Part shown: one piece after another, positions 20,881 through 29,622 of the stretch
Numbering within the stretch: position 1 is the first letter of the stretch
Layout: each line of letters opens with the position of its first letter
Assembly: GCA_963806225.1 (NCBI GenBank)
Contig: CAWDXG010000001.1
Location: 1,312,001-1,376,000 of the forward strand
DNA length: 64,000 nt
Source of the DNA: an uncultured delta proteobacterium
Lineage (GTDB): Bacteria; Myxococcota_A; Polyangia; Polyangiales; Polyangiaceae
Direction of reading: 5' to 3'
The notes under the pieces: generated by a model
What the model was told of the DNA's origin: nothing
What the model saw: only the letters and a program-made list of their open reading frames with translations
The model's database searches: none
Program-made: the position numbers and the translations under genes

Positions 20881-22005
20881 CTAGCCGCCCAGCGCCACGC
20901 CTAGCAGCGTTCCGATCCCGAAGGTAACGGCGGCGGCGCACAGCCCGATGACGAGCTGGCGCGTGCCGCTGAACAGCACGCTGCGGCCCGTGAAGAGCGT
21001 GATGGCGGCTCCGGTGCCGAACAGCGCGGCGGCGCTGAGCGCGATGCTGGCCATCACGGCCCAGTGTCGCGCCAGCACGAAATACGGAAGCACCGGCACG
21101 ATCGCCCCGAGGCAGAACAGCACGAAGGAGGTGATCGCTGCGGTGCGGGCCGAGCCGCCGAGCTCGTCGGGATCGATGCCGAGCTCCTCACGGGCCAGCG
21201 TATCGAGCGCTTGCTTGGGATCCTGCATCACGCGGCCCGCCACGGCCCTCGCCTGCTCCTCGCTCAGGCCCTTGGTCTGGTAGATGAGCACCAGCTCCTC
21301 TTTCTCCTCGTCCGGCACGGCCGAAAGCTCGCCCTTCTCGGTCGCGATCTGCTTTTCATACAGCTCGCGCGAGCTCTGCACGCTCAGCCACTCGCCCATG
21401 GCCATGGAGCACGAGCCCGCGAGCAGTCCCGCAACGCCTGTGATGAGCACCGTGCGCCCGGAGAACGCTGCGCCGGCCGCGCCCATCACCAGGCTCAGGT
21501 TCGACACCAGCCCGTCGTTGAGCCCCAGCACGGCTGCACGCAGCGCGTTGCCGCCCGTGGCCTTGTGGCGCCCCTCGAGCCGCGAAATGGTGCCGCCGGT
21601 GATGCCCGGAGCGCCGGACAGGGCGTCCAGCAGCCGCGCGTGGGACTGCTCCTCCGCGGGCATGCCCGCGCCGCGGGCATCGGCCTGTGCGTCGTAGCGG
21701 CCGCTGTCAATCTTCTCCAGCGTGCGCGCCGTGGGCAGCACCAGGTCTGGTCCGAAGCGGCGGGCCAGACGGATCAAGACACGCGTCCGGAATCCGACGC
21801 GTTGGGGCGGCAGTCTTCTGCCGCTCTTCTCGAGCTTCTGTTTCCAGAAGTCGGCGTGTGCTTCCTCCACGCCCGCGAGACGCATGTAGACCCGGGAGAG
21901 CCGCTCGTCTTTCTCGATATCGGCCAGCGCGCGGTACAGCGCGGCGCTGTCGAGCTCGCCCTGCAGGTTGTCGTGGTAGCGCTCGATGCTCTTCGGCTTG
22001 GACAT
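20881..22005 (-). CDS. VIT1/CCC1 family transporter with N-terminal rubrerythrin-like di-iron domain
   Basis: ELDSAALY..EEAH and EEQSH motifs, LRAAVLGLNDGLVSN, GSCSMAMGEWLSVQS, LAREELG. Confidence 0.88.
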   Translation of the reverse strand: MSKPKSIERYHDNLQGELDSAALYRALADIEKDERLSRVYMRLAGVEEAHADFWKQKLEKSGRRLPPQRVGFRTRVLIRLARRFGPDLVLPTARTLEKIDSGRYDAQADARGAGMPAEEQSHARLLDALSGAPGITGGTISRLEGRHKATGGNALRAAVLGLNDGLVSNLSLVMGAAGAAFSGRTVLITGVAGLLAGSCSMAMGEWLSVQSSRELYEKQIATEKGELSAVPDEEKEELVLIYQTKGLSEEQARAVAGRVMQDPKQALDTLAREELGIDPDELGGSARTAAITSFVLFCLGAIVPVLPYFVLARHWAVMASIALSAAALFGTGAAITLFTGRSVLFSGTRQLVIGLCAAAVTFGIGTLLGVALGG

Positions 22006-22031
22006 CTTGCGGACCGCTCCCCCCGGTTGTG

Positions 22032-22131
22032 TGGCGGAAGCGCACGAGAATCGAACTCGCCTGGGACGGGCCGAACCCGCCCCACACCGGTTTTGAAGAC
22101 CGGGGGCTGCACCAGCATACCGAGCGCTTCC
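22032..22131 (-). tRNA. selC: tRNA-Sec (anticodon UCA)
   Basis: GGAAGCGC/GCGCTTCC 8-bp acceptor stem, G discriminator and encoded CCA. D loop TGGT, anticodon arm CCGGT-CTTCAAA-ACCGG, long variable arm, T loop TTCGATT. Confidence 0.95.
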
Positions 22132-22181
22132 GCCCGGATATTCCCCCAGGGCGGGCCGCTTGGCCAGTCCTCCTGGCGGAT

Positions 22182-23878
22182 TCAGGCCGTTTCCGATTCC
22201 CGGAGCCCTAGCTCGTGGATCATGCGGTCGCGCATCACGAACTTCTGCATCTTGCCCGTGACGGTCATCGGGAACTCCGTCACGAAGCGGATGTAGCGCG
22301 GCACCTTGTAGTGCGCGATCTGCCCGCGGCAGAAATCGCGGACCTCGTCTTCGGTGATCTGCGCACCCTCGCGGAGCTGGATCCAGGCGCACAGCTCCTC
22401 GCCGTATTTCGGATCCGGCAGGCCGAACACCTGCACGTCCTGCACCTTCGGGTGGCGGTAGAGGAACTCCTCGATCTCCCGCGGGTAGACGTTCTCGCCG
22501 CCGCGGATCACCATGTCCTTCAGCCGCCCGACGATATTGCAGTAGCCCTGCTCGTCGAGCGTCGCGAGGTCGCCCGTGTGCATCCAGCCGGCGGCATCGA
22601 TGGCTTCGCGTGTGCGCTCCTCATCGTCCCAGTAACCGCGCATCACCGAATAGCCGCGCGTGCACAGCTCGCCGCGCTCGCCCGGCGCCACCACGTGCCC
22701 GTCGAGATCGACGACCTTGACCTCGACGTGCGGATGGATACGCCCGACCGTGGACACTCGGAGCTCGAGCGGGTCGTCGGTGCCGCTCTGGAAGCTGACG
22801 GGGCTGGTCTCGGTCATGCCGTAGGCGATCGTCACCTCGGCCATGTGCATGCGGTCGATCACCCGCTTCATCACCTCGATGGGGCAGGGCGACCCTGCCA
22901 TGATGCCGGTGCGCAGCGACGACAGGTCGTAGCGCTCGAAGTCGGGATGATCGAGCTCGGCAATGAACATGGTCGGAACGCCGTGTAGAACGGTACAGCG
23001 CTCGCGTTGCACCGTTTCCAGCACCGACAGGGGCTCGAACGCCTCGCCGGGGTAGATCATGGTCGCGCCGTGCGTGATGGCCGCCAGGTTGCCGAGCACC
23101 ATGCCGAAGCAGTGGTAGAGCGGCACCGGGATGCACAGCCGGTCGTCTTCGGCGAGCTTCATCGCTTCGCCCACGAAGAAGCCGTTGTTGACGATGTTGA
23201 AGTGCGTCAGCGTCGCGCCCTTGGGGTAGCCCGTTGTGCCGCTGGTGAACTGGATGTTGATCGGGTCGTCCGGGGCGAGCTGTGCCCGCGAGCTCTGCGA
23301 CACGGCGGCGCGTGACGTCCGTGGCGGCGGCCGCGATGTCGGCGAAACCGAGCATTCCGCGTGCAGGCTCGGCCCCGAGGTGCGCCACGGCCGAAAGTGC
23401 GGGCAGCCGCTCTGCGCGGAGCTGTCCGGGCGAAGCGCTGTCGAGCTCGGGCGCGAGCTCGCGCAGCATCGCTAGATAGTCGCTGCTCTTGAAGCGGTCG
23501 GCGGTGATCAGCGCCCGGCACCCGACCTTGGACAGCGCGTACTCGAGCTCCGAGACGCGATAGGCCGGATTGATGTTGACCAGGATCAGCCCCGCCTTGG
23601 CCGTGGCGAGCTGCGTGAGCACCCACTCGGCGCGAGTTCGGCGACCAGATGCCGACGCGATCGCCCGGCTCGAGCCCGAGGCCGAGCAGCCCCGCGGCGA
23701 CCTCGTCCACCCTGCGCGAGAGCTGGCGATAGGTCCAACGCACGTCCTGGTGGCGCACCACGAGCGCCTCGCGATCGCCGAAGCGCTCCACCGCTTCGTC
23801 GAAGGCCTGCCCCACGGTCTGGTAGCGCAGCGGCGTCGGGCTCGTTCCGCACACATAGCTCTGCTCGAGTCGCTTCAT
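22182..23878 (-). CDS. AMP-binding acyl-CoA synthetase, with +1 frameshifts near 23635 and 23286
   Basis: [85 protein letters not shown] across three frames. Confidence 0.9.
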
Positions 23879-23969
23879 GGATACCTCCCGGCGCCGCGTT
23901 CGCGCGGCAGAGCTCAACGTGCAGTCACGCCGATGATCGGTCAACACCTGGGAAGCTGGGACATTCCGG

Positions 23970-24605
23970 CTAGCGCTGGCCCATCATCCGCTGCACGCGC
24001 GCGGCCACGTCGTCCAACCAGGCGCCCATGTCGTCGCCGCTGGCCCCGCCGCCGCGTGTTGCCGCTCCGTCGGCGATGCGTGCGATGCGCGCTGCGGTTT
24101 CGCGATCCAGCGGCGCCATCTCGCGTTCCAGCTTGGCTAGAGCCTGGTCGAGCAGCGCACGGACCGTGTGCGCCGTTTCCAGTGGGCGTTCCGCGCCCTC
24201 CGGGCTCGAAAGCAGCCCCTCGGCGAGCTCGATCGCGTCCAGAGCCGCGCGTTCATGATCTGCCGGGTCGGTGGACACCAGCGCGAGCGGCGGCGACTCC
24301 GGGCGCGGAGGAGCGGCCTTCCTGCTGTCGACCCGCATGACCAGCTCCTCGGTGCCGATGCGGATCGTGTCGCCGTCCCGAAGCTCCCGCGGGCCACGCA
24401 GCTTCTCGCCGTTGAGCCGCGTGCCGTTCATGCTGCCGAGGTCCACCAGCTCGACGGCCGTCGGTTTGAGGCGCACCACGGCGTGGATGCGCGACACCTG
24501 CGCGTGCGGCAGATAGATCGCACACTCCTCGCTGCGACCGAGCAGCGTCTCGCGACGCAGCAGGGGATGGGCGATGCCGCGGTATTCGAGCCAGTAGGCC
24601 GTCAT
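23970..24605 (-). CDS. FHA domain protein
   Basis: [39 protein letters not shown]. Confidence 0.85.
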   Translation of the reverse strand: MTAYWLEYRGIAHPLLRRETLLGRSEECAIYLPHAQVSRIHAVVRLKPTAVELVDLGSMNGTRLNGEKLRGPRELRDGDTIRIGTEELVMRVDSRKAAPPRPESPPLALVSTDPADHERAALDAIELAEGLLSSPEGAERPLETAHTVRALLDQALAKLEREMAPLDRETAARIARIADGAATRGGGASGDDMGAWLDDVAARVQRMMGQR

Positions 24606-24694
24606 GCGGATACCACCTAACGGTGACGCAACGTGACCCCACATGTAAACCACCCTCTGCGGTGGGGGTCACCGGCGCCACGGGGCGCACCGGC

Positions 24695-26446
24695 CTAGCG
24701 GCCGGCGCGACGCGTTGCGGGACGGCCGCGGCGCCGTGATGCTCTGCCGGCACGCGCCGACAGCGCGCTCTCGGCTTCAGCGACGAGCTGTCGCGCATGC
24801 TCGCGGGCGCTCTCCGTCACCCGGGCTCCGCCCAGCATGCGGGCGAGCTCTTCCACGCGCTCTTCGCCCGGGAGCCGGACCACGCGCGTGGTGGTGCGCC
24901 CGGCCTGCGTGCGCTTGTCGACGCGGTAGTGCGCGTCGGCGAAGGCCGCGATCTGCGGTAGGTGCGTGATGCACAGCACCTGGTGCTGCTGCGCGGCGTG
25001 GCCGAGCCTCAGGCCGATCGCCTGCGCCACCGCACCGCCGACCCCGGCGTCGACCTCGTCGAACACATAGGTTGCTACCCGATCGTCGGCCGACAGCACG
25101 TTCTTCAGCGCCAGCAGCACGCGCGACAGTTCGCCGCCGGAGGCGACCCGCTCGAGCGGCGCCGGCGGCTCGCCCGGGTTGGCCGAGAACAGGAACTCGA
25201 CGCGATCCAGCCCGCGCGGGCCGGGCTCGCCGTCGGGCAGCGCCTGCACGCGCGCCTCGAGCCGCGCGCCCGGCACGTGCAGTGCTTCCAGCTCCTGCTC
25301 CAGGGCCCGCGCGAGCCCGCCGGCCGCGCGCCGTCGCTTCTCGCCGAGGCCGCGTCCCAGCTCGACGCAGCTCTCGCGGAGCCCGCTTGCGCGTTGCTCG
25401 AGCTCGGCCAGGTGTTGTTCGGCGTTGTCCAGCGTGTCGAGCTCGTCCCGCATCGCGTCGAGCCGGGCGGCGAGCTCGTCGGGCTCCACGCCATGCTTGC
25501 GGCGCAGCGACTCGAGCTCGTGCATGCGCTCCTCGGCCTGCTCCAGCTCGCCGGGTTCGATCGAGAGCTCTCCGGCGAGTCCAGCGGCAAGGCGGGCGGC
25601 TTCTTCGCTGGCGATGCGCGCGGTGTCCAGCTGCTCCGCGATAGCCTGCAGACGCTCCGACTGGTCAGCCCCGCGGCGGGCACGCTCCGAGAGCACGCCC
25701 AGGCGACCGGCGATCGAGCCCTCCGCTTCGTAGAGCGCGTCCTGGGCCTCCTCGGCGAAGACCGCCCAGTGCTGCACGTCGCGCAGCAGCGCGACCCGCC
25801 GTCGGAGCAAGTCGTACTCGCCGGGCTCCGGCGCCACCCGCTCCATCTCGTCGATCTGGAAGCGCAGGTAGTCGGCGCGCTGGAGACCCTGCGCCGTGCG
25901 CGCGCCGAGCTCCTCCAGCGCCGCGACGGCGTCCCGCCATTTCCGGTACAGCTCCTCGTAGTCGGCGAGCTCGGCGTCGAGCCGCGCGTAGCCGTCGAGC
26001 AGCTCGAGATGACGCGCGACGTGCGTGAGCGAGTGGTGCTCGTGCTGGCTGCAGATGTCGATCAGGTGCTCGCCGAGCTCTCCGAGCACGCCCTGCGTGG
26101 TGAGCTGGGCCTGTGCGAAGCTGCGGCCGCGCCCCGACATCGGCACCACGCGCGAGAGCACAAGCGCCGCGGAGTCCTCGTCCGGGATCCCGCGTTCCGC
26201 GAGGACAGTCGCTACGCGCGCGGCCGTGGCGGCCCCCAGCTCGAACTGCGCGTCCACGCAGGCGGCCTCGGCGCCAGCCCGCACCAGCTCGGCACGGCCG
26301 CGCGCCCCGCGGAGCAGGGCCAACGCGTCCACGATGATCGACTTGCCGGCGCCGGTCTCGCCCGTCAGCACGTTCAGCCCGGACGACAGCTCCAGTGTCA
26401 CGTCGTCGAGCAGCGCGAGACCGCGGATGCGGAGATAGGAGAGCAT
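24695..26446 (-). CDS. recN: DNA repair protein RecN
   Basis: LNVLTGETGAGKSI, SANPGE, ASGGELSRVLLALK, FDEVDAGVGG, QVLCITHLPQIAA, EELARMLGG. Confidence 0.96.
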   Translation of the reverse strand: MLSYLRIRGLALLDDVTLELSSGLNVLTGETGAGKSIIVDALALLRGARGRAELVRAGAEAACVDAQFELGAATAARVATVLAERGIPDEDSAALVLSRVVPMSGRGRSFAQAQLTTQGVLGELGEHLIDICSQHEHHSLTHVARHLELLDGYARLDAELADYEELYRKWRDAVAALEELGARTAQGLQRADYLRFQIDEMERVAPEPGEYDLLRRRVALLRDVQHWAVFAEEAQDALYEAEGSIAGRLGVLSERARRGADQSERLQAIAEQLDTARIASEEAARLAAGLAGELSIEPGELEQAEERMHELESLRRKHGVEPDELAARLDAMRDELDTLDNAEQHLAELEQRASGLRESCVELGRGLGEKRRRAAGGLARALEQELEALHVPGARLEARVQALPDGEPGPRGLDRVEFLFSANPGEPPAPLERVASGGELSRVLLALKNVLSADDRVATYVFDEVDAGVGGAVAQAIGLRLGHAAQQHQVLCITHLPQIAAFADAHYRVDKRTQAGRTTTRVVRLPGEERVEELARMLGGARVTESAREHARQLVAEAESALSARAGRASRRRGRPATRRAGR

Positions 26447-26544
26447 CTGCCGTCGTTATAGCCGGGCGCTCGCGCCCCGCCATCCCCTGAAATGACGGAA
26501 GGATGACAGCCAAGGTCAGGGGTGCTGGCTAACCTCGAGCTGCG

Positions 26545-27333
26545 ATGATCGTGCTGGTTTTCTTCGTGCTGCACTGGCAGCTGTCGGTGTTCTTCCAGAC
26601 GTTCTTCCTGCACCGCTACGGCGCCCACCGGCAGTTCAGCATGTCGAAGGGCTGGGAGCGCTTCTTCCACCTGTGTACCTATCTCTCGCAGGGCTCGAGC
26701 TTCCTCTCGCCGCGCGGCTACGCGATCCTCCACCGCATGCATCACGCCTACAGCGACACGGAGCGGGACCCGCACTCGCCGTGGAACTTCTCGAACGCGT
26801 TCAGCATGATGCTCGCGACCAAGAAGACCTATGACGACTACGCGTACCGGCGCGTCGATCCCGAGCCGCGATTCGAGGGCGGCACGCCCGAGTGGCCGCT
26901 CGTCGATCGTGTCGGCCAGAGCTGGGTCATGCGCGCTTTCTGGATTGCGGCCTACACGCTGTTCTACGTGAAGTTCGCCACGTCGCCCTGGCTGTTCGTG
27001 CTGCTCCCGATGCACTTCGTGATGGGGCCGATCCACGGCGCCATCGTCAACTGGTGCGGTCACAAGTACGGCTACCGGAACTTCGACAACGGCGACAAGT
27101 CGCTGAACACGCTGGTGTTCGACTTCGTCACGCTGGGCGAGCTGTTCCAGAACAACCACCACAAGTTCGGCATGAGCCCGAACTTCGCGGCGCGCCGTTT
27201 CGAGCTGGATCCGACCTACCAGGTGATGCGGCTGATGGCGCTCGTCGGCATCATCGACCTGCGCGGCGCGCAGCGCATGCGCTACCCCGCCGAGCGCCCA
27301 GCGCCGGCTCCGGTGACGTTGCCCTCCGCCTAG
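26545..27333 (+). CDS. Membrane fatty acid (acyl-CoA, delta-9-like) desaturase
   Basis: His boxes HRYGAH, HRMHH, DPHSP and QNNHH. Confidence 0.88.
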   Translation: MIVLVFFVLHWQLSVFFQTFFLHRYGAHRQFSMSKGWERFFHLCTYLSQGSSFLSPRGYAILHRMHHAYSDTERDPHSPWNFSNAFSMMLATKKTYDDYAYRRVDPEPRFEGGTPEWPLVDRVGQSWVMRAFWIAAYTLFYVKFATSPWLFVLLPMHFVMGPIHGAIVNWCGHKYGYRNFDNGDKSLNTLVFDFVTLGELFQNNHHKFGMSPNFAARRFELDPTYQVMRLMALVGIIDLRGAQRMRYPAERPAPAPVTLPSA

Positions 27334-27398
27334 TCGCGGCGCGCGCGCCCTGCTCTCGCGCGATGCCTGCCGGTCGCGTCGCGCGTCCGCGAACGCGT

Positions 27399-27458
27399 TG
27401 TTCCTCCTGCGGAACAGAGAGTTGGGGATCGCGGCACTAGTCGCTAGGGGGGAACAAT
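27399..27458. promoter_or_regulatory. Candidate LysR-type operator upstream of yceI
   Basis: TGTTCC-N6-GGAACA palindrome (27399-27416) containing T-N11-A, plus a second GGAACAAT half-site at 27451-27458. Confidence 0.45.
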
Positions 27459-27522
27459 CCCCATGTATGGGGAAACGGACGGAGCGCGCGTCCGCGCCCG
27501 TCCTTTCCCGATAGGAGTTCCC

Positions 27523-28074
27523 ATGAGCAGCATTGATCTGGCCCATTCGGCCATCCAGTTCTCGGTCCGCCACATGATGTTCGCCAAGGTCCGGGGCAAG
27601 TTCGACAGCTGGAACGCGGACCTGACGCTCGATCCCCACGAGCTCGTGAAGTCGGGCGTAGAGGCGACCATCGACGCGGGCAGCATCGACACAGGCGTCG
27701 CCGACCGCGACAAGCACCTGCGCTCGGCTGACTTCCTCGACGTCGAGAAGTACCCGCAGATCCGCTTCAAGAGCACCGCCGTGGAGAAGACCGGCGGCGC
27801 CTACCGCGTGAAGGGTGATCTGACCATCCGCGACACGACCCGCCCGGTCACGCTCGAGGTCGAGACACTCGGCACCGGCAAGGACCCCTGGGGCAACCAG
27901 CGGATGGGCTTTTCCGCCAAGACCAGCATCAACCGCAAGGACTTCGGGCTCAGCTGGAACCAGGCGCTCGAAACCGGCGGCGTGCTGGTGGGTGAAGAGA
28001 TCAAGGTCGAGATCGAGACCGAGGTCGTGCTATCCGCGGCCCGGGAAAGCGACCGCCAGTCCGCCACCGCCTAG
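27523..28074 (+). CDS. yceI: YceI family lipid/polyisoprenoid-binding protein
   Basis: AGGAG RBS. IDLAHSAIQFSVRH, SIDTGVADRDKHLRSADF, GKDPWGNQRMGF, INRKDFGL. Confidence 0.92.
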   Translation: MSSIDLAHSAIQFSVRHMMFAKVRGKFDSWNADLTLDPHELVKSGVEATIDAGSIDTGVADRDKHLRSADFLDVEKYPQIRFKSTAVEKTGGAYRVKGDLTIRDTTRPVTLEVETLGTGKDPWGNQRMGFSAKTSINRKDFGLSWNQALETGGVLVGEEIKVEIETEVVLSAARESDRQSATA

Positions 28075-28088
28075 TCGCCGGAGCCAGA

Positions 28089-28132
28089 AAACGTAGTAAA
28101 ATGTCACAAATATGTGGCATTTTGCTACGTTT
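28089..28132 (+). terminator. AT-rich 20-bp hairpin directly downstream of yceI (terminator or operator)
   Basis: AAACGTAGTAAAATGTCACA-AATA-TGTGGCATTTTGCTACGTTT. The two DNA mismatches are G.U pairs in the + transcript. Confidence 0.5.
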
Positions 28133-28229
28133 CGGGCCAGGCCGTGACACAGGCCGCCAGGGACGGTAACCAAGTGGCCAACCGGCAGGTGCTCCGGGTC
28201 GGGGTGCCCTTCTGCCGGAATCCCTGGAT

Positions 28230-29588
28230 ATGTCCCGTCGACTTCTGGCTCTGGCGACTCTGCTCGCGTTTGCGGGCGGGTGCTCGCACCCCGACGCCTC
28301 GCAGGGCAGCGACACGAGCGCCACGCCGGATCTGCAGTCCGCGGCGCCTCCCAAGGCGTCGGTCGCGCCGCGCGCGAAGAAGCCCCAGGGGCCGGTCCCG
28401 AAGCGCCCGTACAACGTGGTGCTGATCATGATCGACGCCTTGCGGGCGGATATGCCGTGGAACGGCTACAAGCGGCAGATCGCGCCCTGGCTGACGGCGT
28501 TCGAGAAGCAGTGCACCGACTACACGCACGCCTACTCGCTGTCGAGCTACACGGCGAAGTCCGTCGCGCCCGCTCTGGTCGGCGAGTACCCGAGCGCGAT
28601 GAAGCACGACGGCTACTTCTTCACGCACTGGATGAAGGACAACCTGTTCATCGGCGAGCGGCTGGAAAAGGCGGGCATGCGCACGCTGGCCGGTCAGGGG
28701 CACGGCTACTTCCTGCCCGCTTTCGGGCTGAACCAGGGCTTCGAGGACTACCGCCTGTTGCCGGGTACCCACCTCGACCTGACCGGCGTGCACAACATCA
28801 CCAGCCCCGACCTGAACAAGCTCGCCAAGACGATGCTCTCGGATCCCGAGAACGTGGATCAGAAGAACGGCAAGCGCTTCTTCGCCTACTTCCACTTCCT
28901 CGATCCTCACTTCGTCTACATCAAGCACCCGGAGGATCCGGACTACGGCAACAAGCGCCGCGACCTGTACGACAACGAGGTGCACTTCACGGACCGCTGG
29001 GTCGGCAACTTGATCGACTGGGCGAAGAAGAAGCCCTGGGGCAAGAACACCGTCTTCATCATCACCGCCGACCACGGCGAGGGCTTCGGCGTGCACAACC
29101 AGTACCGCCACGCCTACGAGCTGTGGGAGATGCTGGTGCGCGTCCCGTGGTTCATCTGCGTGCCCGGCGTTCCGGGCCATCGCGTGGCCACGCCGCGCAG
29201 CGCCCTCGATCTGGCGCCGACCATCGCCGATCTGATGGGCGTGAAGGCCGACCCGCCCTTCCGCGGCAAGAGCCTGGTGCCCGAGGTGTTCGGCAAGCCC
29301 GAGCCGCCGCGTCCGGTGATCGTGGATCTGCCGCGTTGCAACCTGATGGACCGACGTCGTGGACTCATCTGGAAGGGCTACAAGCTGCTCGCCTTCGGCG
29401 ACGACACCCGCTACCTGCTCTACGACCTCGACAAGGATCCGACCGAGCAGCACGACCTGGTCAAGAAGGAGCCGGCGAAGTTCGAGGAGATGAAGAAGCT
29501 CTACCAGAAGATTTCCGCGACGATCCCGAAGGTTCCGGTCGTGGGCGGCGCACCGCTCAAGGGCGCACCGCCGGGACAACGCTGGTAG
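28230..29588 (+). CDS. Sulfatase/alkaline-phosphatase superfamily lipoprotein
   Basis: Lipobox-like FAGGC, NVVLIMIDALRAD, SSYTAKS, FHFLDPH, YDNEV, IITADHGE, LYDLDKDPTE. Confidence 0.85.
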   Translation: MSRRLLALATLLAFAGGCSHPDASQGSDTSATPDLQSAAPPKASVAPRAKKPQGPVPKRPYNVVLIMIDALRADMPWNGYKRQIAPWLTAFEKQCTDYTHAYSLSSYTAKSVAPALVGEYPSAMKHDGYFFTHWMKDNLFIGERLEKAGMRTLAGQGHGYFLPAFGLNQGFEDYRLLPGTHLDLTGVHNITSPDLNKLAKTMLSDPENVDQKNGKRFFAYFHFLDPHFVYIKHPEDPDYGNKRRDLYDNEVHFTDRWVGNLIDWAKKKPWGKNTVFIITADHGEGFGVHNQYRHAYELWEMLVRVPWFICVPGVPGHRVATPRSALDLAPTIADLMGVKADPPFRGKSLVPEVFGKPEPPRPVIVDLPRCNLMDRRRGLIWKGYKLLAFGDDTRYLLYDLDKDPTEQHDLVKKEPAKFEEMKKLYQKISATIPKVPVVGGAPLKGAPPGQRW

Positions 29589-29622
29589 TCACGGCGCACG
29601 GCGCCGTCGCGCCGGACGGCGC

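Noticed and set aside
22032..22060. Genomic island integrated at tRNA-Sec
   Set aside because: No integrase, no duplicated tRNA 3' end and no compositional shift were seen in the window.
20881..22392. 503-aa ORF running through the tRNA
   Set aside because: The upstream part overlaps tRNA-Sec and the acyl-CoA synthetase. The plausible start is 22005.
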